A stretch of DNA of 32,000 nt from Bdellovibrio sp. GT3 (GCF_037996765.1 NZ_JBBNAD010000005.1:1-32000); one strand, 5' to 3'; numbered from the stretch's first letter, positions 8,402 through 14,772 are shown. Notes: generated by a model from the sequence alone, not told the origin. Made by a program: numbers and translations.

Positions 8402-8944
8402 ATGGCTCTATACAAAAAATCAGAACTTAAAGCAAAAGCATTGAACAAATCTCTTACTAAAAGCATGGCAGAGGACAGATTTGTAAGAGGACTTATTACC
8501 TTAAATGAAAGTTCCAACTTTGACGTTTTTCTCTCGCACCGTTATTTAGATGCAGATGAAATTGCAATACTTGCTGACGAGCTTCGCGGAGAAGGTCTGA
8601 GCGTCTATATCGACTGGCAGGTTGACAAAGGTTTGGATAGAGGAAAAGTCACTATTAAAACTGCTGAAATCCTTAGGAAGCGCATGAAACAAAGTAAGAG
8701 CTTGATCTTCATTACGTCACAAAACTCTTCGGATTCAAAGTGGATGCCTTGGGAACTAGGATTTATGGATGCACGCACTTCACGCGTTGCAATTCTTCCG
8801 GTTGTGGACGACAACTCTACATCATATCAAGGTCAGGAATATCTTGGACTGTATCCATATATATCAAAGACCGGCACCACTATCTTGGTAAATGATCCAC
8901 AAACAGGTGCACAGAAAACAATCCGCCATTGGTTGATGCCTTAG
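8402..8944 (+). CDS. thsB: second Thoeris TIR protein, canonical TIR-domain type
   Basis: FDVFLSHRYLD...SKSLIFITSQNSSDSKWMPWELGF is the classical TIR pattern (DVFxSH ... S-x-W-x-x-x-E-L), with the putative catalytic Glu at residue 118. The start lies 4 nt after the thsA stop. Confidence 0.85.
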   Translation: MALYKKSELKAKALNKSLTKSMAEDRFVRGLITLNESSNFDVFLSHRYLDADEIAILADELRGEGLSVYIDWQVDKGLDRGKVTIKTAEILRKRMKQSKSLIFITSQNSSDSKWMPWELGFMDARTSRVAILPVVDDNSTSYQGQEYLGLYPYISKTGTTILVNDPQTGAQKTIRHWLMP

Positions 8945-9030
8945 TCGTCCGGAAAATGAACTCATTCAATAATCTATTCGTCTTCGATTCCGTCTGATTT
9001 GTTGCAAAGGAACAACAATAGAGGTGAAGT

Positions 9031-9195
9031 GTGAACGAACTATCCGAAATAATAAAAACTCTCCGACTTGCGGCAATTCAGAATGATATGTGGGTCGAGT
9101 ACTTTCGACTCGTTGCCATTCAAAACTTTATAGAGTCAATCGAAGGGCAAAGCTCCGCCCCCTCGAAGACAAAATCTTTAAGTAAACTTCATTAG
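9031..9195 (+). CDS. 54-aa hypothetical helical micro-protein (MNELSEIIKTLRLAAIQNDMWVEYFRLVAIQNFIESIEGQSSAPSKTKSLSKLH)
   Basis: The ORF is below the 60-aa cut-off of the ORF track and was found by eye. GTG 9031 lies 6 nt after GAGG. The TAG stop at 9193-9195 directly abuts the 12-bp hairpin at 9196..9226. It is on the same strand as the Thoeris operon. Confidence 0.35.
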   Translation: MNELSEIIKTLRLAAIQNDMWVEYFRLVAIQNFIESIEGQSSAPSKTKSLSKLH

Positions 9196-9226
9196 AATAT
9201 TTCCGAGGGTACCTCTCGGAAATATT
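9196..9226 (+). terminator. perfect 12-bp inverted repeat AATATTTCCGAG-GGTACCT-CTCGGAAATATT
   Basis: The repeat is seen directly in the sequence. It lies 251 nt after the last Thoeris gene and directly after the 54-aa ORF. A moderately T-rich tail follows (TGTTCAATTTT). It could instead be a protein-binding palindrome. Confidence 0.5.
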
Positions 9227-9309
9227 TGTTCAATTTTGCTCTACTATTGCTTTTAGGAAGCCGATAACAGACACTGTATTTATTCAGAATTCAGTAGTCT
9301 GTTACCTGC

Positions 9310-9519
9310 TCACCTAAAGAATTGCATCACCGTATCTAATATTACTGGATGCCTTTCCAAGAACTCGTAAAGAGCAAATACAACCGTCATCAGTGTCGCC
9401 AGATCAACTCTGACGACGGTATTTGGTTGTTGCGGTTGCGGGAAGCTCACAACCGTTATTGTTGTTTCTCGCAGCTGCTTCCTGGGCTGCGCTTGTTTCA
9501 CGGCTTTTTTCGCTGCCAT
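9310..9519 (-). CDS. 69-aa hypothetical protein with basic N-terminus and hydrophobic C-terminal half
   Basis: On the minus strand, GGAGGA sits 4 nt before the ATG. A TATAAT hexamer on the same strand lies about 60 nt upstream. I recognised no family. Confidence 0.4.
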   Translation of the reverse strand: MAAKKAVKQAQPRKQLRETTITVVSFPQPQQPNTVVRVDLATLMTVVFALYEFLERHPVILDTVMQFFR

Positions 9520-9811
9520 GTTGTCCTCCGGGACGTTTTTGAAAGCAGACTATCTACCTTCAAGATTCATATTCAAACGAAGTATTATATCCCCTATTTC
9601 TGGTTATCTTGGTGGCGAAGGGGCGTATTTCTCATAAATAGTTTGAGACCCTCCCCCTACTCCTTACCGGATAAAGAAAGGCTTTCCTCAACTGGATATG
9701 CTATGGCCGAAGGAAAATACCGTAAAAAGTATGAATTACTCTTTCATATTGAACTAATTCGATCTGAAGCTTGAATACATCTTCTAGATTAGTTATTGAG
9801 TATTCATTGGT

Positions 9812-9820
9812 CCCCCCCCC
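9812..9820. repeat. C9 homopolymer tract 24 nt upstream of the 9845 start
   Basis: The sequence reads directly as tattcattgg-t-ccccccccc-aatcgg. Confidence 0.9.
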
Positions 9821-9844
9821 AATCGGAAACCATGGAGTTGATGT

Positions 9845-10195
9845 TTGAATCAGGAAACACTTCAAATACACCATGAGGCAGCCATAAATAAGATAAGGGC
9901 ACAGCTCTTTAAAGGTGCCTCTGCGTCGTCATTAAAGATCCTAGTGGAGAGTGAGGTGGTAATACCACCTACCCTTCCCCAGAATCGCCAACGAAATGCT
10001 TTACTGGGTGGTTTAAGATATGAATTGGAAAAACACCCAGGATGCCATATCGAAATAAAGCATGAGGGTGGTGATCTATTTACAATCTATAGCACCAGAA
10101 CTGTACTTAGCAGAGTTCACACTGGTTTCGTGAGAACGGTAAAGTTCAGCGAGATTCAAGCCGTTGCAAAATCATTCATTCTGGCGACCAGTTAG
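9845..10195 (+). CDS. 116-aa hypothetical protein
   Basis: The start is TTG, with GGAG 7 nt upstream. The stop overlaps the convergent SRAP stop (TTAG). I recognised no domain. Confidence 0.45.
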   Translation: MNQETLQIHHEAAINKIRAQLFKGASASSLKILVESEVVIPPTLPQNRQRNALLGGLRYELEKHPGCHIEIKHEGGDLFTIYSTRTVLSRVHTGFVRTVKFSEIQAVAKSFILATS

Positions 10196-11160
10196 GCACC
10201 TGACGATATGACATGTTCATACACATGTGATGCAGGACTATCCAAAACAGTTTCTATGGCCCTACTCCCATAGCGTTCGGGCTCCATCCAAACTCCCAAA
10301 TTTTGCTCCTGCAAAGCGATAATTAGACGATCATGCCCAGCTTCCCGTACCTCGGACGTTGGCTCATGAGTGAGCGCAGCAAAGGAGTAAAACCCATCAG
10401 ACGGACCAGACTCCCAATAGTCATAAAGGCATGCAATTAGTAAGTCCGAACGATCTTTGGGACTAAACTGAAGAACCATATTTGTGTCCTTCTCTCCATC
10501 CTTTAACGAACGGCGTTCGTAGTCCGCCTTGGATACATTCTCATAGAAGCTCTCAACGACGAAGAATCCATGTTTATGAAGATAGAGGTCCTTCCAAAAT
10601 GCATTGCCAAGGTTGTCTCTTCTGGCGTTGTAAAGACCATTATACTTTACATCAATTGATTCGGGCTTATCGGAAGGTCGACAATGGTATCGAGCTAACT
10701 TGATGATGTTTTGGTCGTTCTCACGGACGATGATTGGAGCAAATGTCATTGGAAAAACTCTTGAATCCGTGGGAATCAACTCAGTTCGCTGAATTCCTTT
10801 AATCCGTTGCGAGTAGTACTCGATCTTATCCGTCGAAATGCGCTTTTCATTTAAGGCTTTCTTGGTTTCTTTCACCGACAGACTCAGTTCTGCCGCGTGC
10901 ATACGCTTACCCTGAAAGCGTAAATGCTCTTCAAGATCTTTGAGCTTCAACTTTCTGTACGCTTGAATTAGTTTTGAAATCTCTTTGTCTTCGTTGTTTT
11001 CAGGATGATCAAATTCAGCCTCAAGTGCTTTGCAAATCTTAATACGCTCATCAGTTAAACGACGATAAAACATCTCTTGAAATAGTTCATAGTCGATTCG
11101 TGCGTCGTATTTGATACCAAGTTTTCTAATTTGTTGCTTTACCATGGCGCTATAACACAT
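10192..11160 (-). CDS. SRAP (SOS-response-associated peptidase, YedK/HMCES family) protein with a helical insertion of about 110 aa
   Basis: From ATG 11160 the N-terminus is Met-Cys, the nucleophilic Cys2 typical of SRAP. Also present are YNARRDNL (Asn), FVVESFYEN (Glu) and GHDRLIIAL (His). A charged helical segment sits between Cys2 and the conserved core. The ORF track starts 2 codons earlier. Confidence 0.8.
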   Translation of the reverse strand: MCYSAMVKQQIRKLGIKYDARIDYELFQEMFYRRLTDERIKICKALEAEFDHPENNEDKEISKLIQAYRKLKLKDLEEHLRFQGKRMHAAELSLSVKETKKALNEKRISTDKIEYYSQRIKGIQRTELIPTDSRVFPMTFAPIIVRENDQNIIKLARYHCRPSDKPESIDVKYNGLYNARRDNLGNAFWKDLYLHKHGFFVVESFYENVSKADYERRSLKDGEKDTNMVLQFSPKDRSDLLIACLYDYWESGPSDGFYSFAALTHEPTSEVREAGHDRLIIALQEQNLGVWMEPERYGSRAIETVLDSPASHVYEHVISSGA

Positions 11161-11273
11161 AGACAAATTACAGCATAAATTTAGATTCCTACCAAAGGCT
11201 AAATTGAAACGTTCACCAACGCAAAATCTAGAACCAATTTGTAATAACCCTATAAATAATTTACTGTTTTACA

Positions 11274-12146
11274 ATGAAAGACCAAACATTCATCCTAGAT
11301 GTTAATGCCCTACTAAAGTTCCCCCAAGTTCTTGCAACCTCTAGTCTCCATCAAAAAATAATTATCCTCCCGGGTGTGCGAAAAGAACTCGAGGAGTATA
11401 TTCAACTGAATAAACCTTCTTTCGGAAAAACCTTAATTTCAATGATTGAAAATAAGGTTGTGGGTACATCAATCCGAATTCTAGAAAGTTTAGATCCATT
11501 GCTCCTTAATACACCTTCGGACATCCCGACGGGCAAAGAGGCTCTAGATCGACAACTGATTCTGTATACAGACGCTCTTCAGAAAGCAAATCCCGACAGT
11601 GAGGTATATCTTGTCACTGATGATGCGAGAATCTCCACCGCGTTTCGTCTTGCGGGAAGAGAAAAGCTAACATTACCGGTACGAGAATTTCAAGAAAAGA
11701 TAGACTCCATTCATCAGGATTCAGGCGTAAAGGGTGATATTGAAAATGCAAAGAAAGAATCAAGCAAGCGACTAGCGTTTGACGTCATCAATGCATTGCT
11801 TGCAGTCTTCGCAGCGATAGTTTCTGTCACTGGTTGGGATAAGATCCAAACATTTTTAACTTCTATTCCAATAGATGGGTTGATCTATAGTGGAATTTTA
11901 ACACTTCCCTTTATTTTATATTTTTGTCGATTCAAATGGAGATGGAAGTACGGATTAGCAGAGCTGGTGTTTGGTTTATTATTAACGGGAACATCAATCC
12001 ACATTGCAACACTAGATAAATTTGAAACAATCGCTAAAATCGCATCCGGTCTATTTCTTTGTGTTCGAGGCCTAGATAGTTTTCACGTGGGAATTAGCGA
12101 TTCAGAATGGGCTGTTAGATTTCCCATCCTGAAAATCAAAAAGTGA
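11274..12146 (+). CDS. PIN-domain nuclease fused to a C-terminal 3-4 helix membrane domain
   Basis: PIN acidic residues are in the expected context: FILDVNALL (Asp), GVRKELEEY (Glu) and YLVTDDARI (Asp-Asp). The C-terminal 130 aa contain hydrophobic spans FDVINALLAVFAAIVSVTGW, LIYSGILTLPFILYFC, LAELVFGLLLTGTSIHIA and IAKIASGLFLCVRGL. Confidence 0.7.
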   Translation: MKDQTFILDVNALLKFPQVLATSSLHQKIIILPGVRKELEEYIQLNKPSFGKTLISMIENKVVGTSIRILESLDPLLLNTPSDIPTGKEALDRQLILYTDALQKANPDSEVYLVTDDARISTAFRLAGREKLTLPVREFQEKIDSIHQDSGVKGDIENAKKESSKRLAFDVINALLAVFAAIVSVTGWDKIQTFLTSIPIDGLIYSGILTLPFILYFCRFKWRWKYGLAELVFGLLLTGTSIHIATLDKFETIAKIASGLFLCVRGLDSFHVGISDSEWAVRFPILKIKK

Positions 12147-12206
12147 TGCTATTCAGGATAAGCCGGATAAGGATCATTGGTCTGAGACCGGAATCACCTT
12201 TTGTCC

Positions 12207-13886
12207 CTAGCTTTTTAGCAAGATCTCCACACGTTGATCAGGGTAAACCACCACTCTCTCTAGCAGTGCAGAGACGATCGCCTTTCTATGGTCAAAACTT
12301 ATACTTTCACCAATAAATCCTCTCACGCTGTCCAAAGGGTTGATGCGATTCTGATTACTGCTGATTTTTTTGGTTTGAATTCTAATACAATCTTGGACTT
12401 GCTTAGCGACCTTATCCAGCTTCGACTTCTCGTCATCAATACGATTTTTTTGCATCGTCCAATCTTCCTCAGTGAGAATCCCTCTTCCTAACAACGAAAC
12501 AAGATTATTTCTCTCAGTATTAAGCTTCTTCTGATCTGCCAGTAAAACTTCTAGATCCGCCTGCAGCCGATCTAACTCTCTTCTTAGAAATTCCGTGGAC
12601 TTTTTCTTCTGATGAACAAGATCTATTACGTCATTCTTCAGGTAATGCTCAACTCTTTCCCATACGATCTTATCAATGGAATCACTTACATGGTATTTAC
12701 GATGATCACATGCCTCATGTAGACCATTTTTCTTGGTCTGACACGCGTAGTACTTTGCTACACTCTTTTCAATGGATTTGGTTGATTGCTTATAGAAGTC
12801 ATTGTGTCTTGCTCTAACACCCATTTTTCTGCCGCAAGTTCCACAATAAACATTCCCCTGCAGTAGATACTCCTGAACGGCATGTCTCGGCGTCACACAT
12901 GCTCTTCCAAGACGAGCTTGCTTTGCTAAGGCCCAGTCTTCCGGCGAGACAATCGCCGGAATCTTAACGGTGATTTTCTCCCGAGCTACTTCGGAATTTT
13001 GTTTCTTACCTACTTGCGCTACATGCTTGAGATGATACACGTGCTCTCCTGTATATCTATCATCACGGTAAATATTCGTTAGCCAGTTACGCGGCAATCT
13101 ACCAAGTGGGTTCTTTTGTGCTGCCACTCTGAAATTGCTTCTTCTGAAGTAGCTTAGAAGATTTACTCCCGCCAACTCTAGTGCAGAAATCACCTCCTTA
13201 TCGGACACCCCGAAAGCATTCTTTTCCACCAACAACTTCAAAGAAGCAGGCATGTCGCCTGTGGTGTTGCCTGAAGCTAATGCCACTGCCCAACGTACGG
13301 CTTGCGCCTCATAAGGCACTACACTCCATACATTCTGGATCTTATCAAATTCATACCCCCAGAAGGCTCTGCCATTAGGCGGACGTCCATTGTTTTGAAC
13401 TTTAAATTTCTTCCCGATGTGCAGCTTTCTGAGTGTCTGCTTTTTATCCTCCGCACCAATTGCAGACATGAACTGCAAAACCAAACCACTATTCACATGA
13501 CCAGTCGGAGTATAGATCTGAACTTCGTGCTCCTCGATCAAATCCATGATTTGACCGCGAACACTGTGCGAACGAGCTCTAAATATACGATCTATATTAT
13601 CTACGTAGATGCCGTTGATTTCTCTATCTCTACAAAGCTGTAAGAGCTGGTAAAATGCGGTACCCTCACGGATTTCCTCAAGGTTGTACGCTTCATCAAT
13701 AAAGTATTGATCACTTAAAGCTTCGCCAGCTGACCTCGCGTAGAGGGTTGTACTCCCACCGTCTAAGAGCCCTAGTCTCTTCAACTCAATTGCTGCTTGC
13801 TCTATTTGGCGATGGATATTCCCACCGGTTCTTTGCTCGTCAGACGACACTCTGCAGTAAACTGCCAGAGAAAGTTTTGCTGTCAT
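12207..13886 (-). CDS. large serine recombinase (integrase)
   Basis: The resolvase catalytic motif is AVYCRVSSDEQ. It is followed by a recombinase domain, a zinc ribbon (CGTCGRKM ... YYACQTKK ... CDH) and a C-terminal coiled coil. ATG 13886 is preceded by GAGGAGG at 6 nt. The ORF-track start at 13892 is a TTG. Confidence 0.9.
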   Translation of the reverse strand: MTAKLSLAVYCRVSSDEQRTGGNIHRQIEQAAIELKRLGLLDGGSTTLYARSAGEALSDQYFIDEAYNLEEIREGTAFYQLLQLCRDREINGIYVDNIDRIFRARSHSVRGQIMDLIEEHEVQIYTPTGHVNSGLVLQFMSAIGAEDKKQTLRKLHIGKKFKVQNNGRPPNGRAFWGYEFDKIQNVWSVVPYEAQAVRWAVALASGNTTGDMPASLKLLVEKNAFGVSDKEVISALELAGVNLLSYFRRSNFRVAAQKNPLGRLPRNWLTNIYRDDRYTGEHVYHLKHVAQVGKKQNSEVAREKITVKIPAIVSPEDWALAKQARLGRACVTPRHAVQEYLLQGNVYCGTCGRKMGVRARHNDFYKQSTKSIEKSVAKYYACQTKKNGLHEACDHRKYHVSDSIDKIVWERVEHYLKNDVIDLVHQKKKSTEFLRRELDRLQADLEVLLADQKKLNTERNNLVSLLGRGILTEEDWTMQKNRIDDEKSKLDKVAKQVQDCIRIQTKKISSNQNRINPLDSVRGFIGESISFDHRKAIVSALLERVVVYPDQRVEILLKS

Positions 13887-14031
13887 TAGCAACCTCCTCT
13901 TGGGCCTTTACCAAGATCGCATGCAGAATTTTTTCGACTCTTGCTAATTCCAGCTCTGAAATAGCTTTTTCTGACTTTTTTAAGATGATTTTGTAGGGCT
14001 TGGGCTTTGGACCGCGCTTGTTTGCAGGCAT
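13840..14031 (-). CDS. 63-aa basic protein upstream of and overlapping the integrase start; candidate recombination directionality factor or DNA-binding accessory protein
   Basis: ATG 14031 has AAAGGAG 6 nt upstream. The N-terminus, PANKRGPKPKPYK, is basic. The ORF overlaps the recombinase start by 47 nt. The longer ORF-track version (to 14271) runs into the tRNA gene and is rejected. Confidence 0.4.
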   Translation of the reverse strand: MPANKRGPKPKPYKIILKKSEKAISELELARVEKILHAILVKAQEEVANDSKTFSGSLLQSVV

Positions 14032-14231
14032 TAGGTACTCCTTTTGGAATGAAATCCAAAAGGTCTTTACCAATATGAACCATAAAACTGCGGGATTTGA
14101 ACGATAAAAAACGACGATACAGATCACCCCGAGGGGGTAAAATTTGTCGCACTTGTCTAAAAGTTTTCCAGGGAACCGACATCCGGGAGAGACCTCTCCG
14201 GAGTTTAAATTGTGTCGATTAGTTTTAGATT

Positions 14232-14314
14232 TGGTGCCCCGCGAGGGACTTGAACCCCCACGCTTGCGCACTAGATCCTAAGTCTAGCGTGTCTGCCAAT
14301 TTCACCAGCGGGGC
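14232..14314 (-). tRNA. tRNA-Leu, anticodon UAG, CCA encoded
   Basis: The reverse complement is GCCCCGCTGGTGAAATTGGCAGACACGCTAGACTTAGGATCTAGTGCGCAAGCGTGGGGGTTCAAGTCCCTCGCGGGGCACCA. It has a 7-bp acceptor stem and anticodon stem CTAGA/TCTAG with loop CTTAGGA. It also has a long variable arm (class II) and a T-arm with GGTTCAAGTCC. Confidence 0.9.
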
Positions 14315-14372
14315 AACACCGTTTTAGCGGAAACAAAGATTTAGCGAATTGTGCCCACTAAATCAATAGAAA

Positions 14373-14762
14373 TTATTTGTCTGCGATCAATTTTTTGTAA
14401 TCTGGAGCGCGCATCAAGTTAGCAAGCTCCTTTTCAGTATCCATTTCGATACGAACCAACCAGCCTTCGTTCACTGGATCGTCGTTCAAAACTGATGGAT
14501 CGTCGCCCAAAGACGCGTTTACTTCGATTACCGTGCCAGAAACTGGCGCGTAAAGGTCAGAAACCGCTTTTACGGACTCAACCACCCCAAAGATTTGACC
14601 TTGAGTGATCTTTTGACCTTCTTCTGGAAGTTCAACGTAAACGATCTCGCCCAAAGAATCCTGTGCGAACTCTGTGATGCCGACAGTCACGATGTTCTCG
14701 TCAACTTGAGCCCATTCGTGTTCTTTTGTGTAGTAATAGTCTTCAGGAATATGAAATGCCAT
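14373..14762 (-). CDS. gcvH: glycine cleavage system protein H
   Basis: The lipoyl-lysine motif VESVKAVSDLYAPVSG is present and the length is a typical 129 aa. AAGGAG precedes ATG 14762. Confidence 0.93.
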   Translation of the reverse strand: MAFHIPEDYYYTKEHEWAQVDENIVTVGITEFAQDSLGEIVYVELPEEGQKITQGQIFGVVESVKAVSDLYAPVSGTVIEVNASLGDDPSVLNDDPVNEGWLVRIEMDTEKELANLMRAPDYKKLIADK

Positions 14763-14772
14763 GATGGGCTCC

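Larger units (their letters stand above)
2176..14231. mobile_element. putative integrated genomic (defence) island abutting the 3' end of tRNA-Leu, with serine recombinase at the right edge; left boundary not determined
   Basis: By eye, this stretch is more AT-rich than 14373 onward. It has a recombinase at the edge, a second (frameshifted) recombinase and dense defence-type cargo. I found no copy of the tRNA 3' end inside the window, so the left end may lie at or beyond nt 1. Confidence 0.5.

Noticed and set aside
9349-9774. 141-aa plus-strand ORF spanning the low-coding gap
   Set aside because: Its composition is implausible (rich in Cys, Trp, Arg, Phe) and it has no SD. It also overlaps the better-supported 69-aa minus-strand ORF.
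1-14231. Direct repeat of the tRNA-Leu 3' end that would mark the far island boundary
   Set aside because: I scanned the intergenic regions by eye (2160-2180, 3427-3572, 6314-6444, 8945-9844, 11161-11273, 12147-12206) and found no copy of GGGACTTGAACCC-type sequence. The left boundary is therefore left open. A computed self-alignment would be needed for certainty.
13840-14271. 143-aa minus-strand ORF (and the alternative 98-aa ORF 13886..14182)
   Set aside because: The N-terminal part is read from inside the tRNA-Leu gene and has no SD. Only the last 63 codons, from ATG 14031 with AAAGGAG, are retained as a possible gene.
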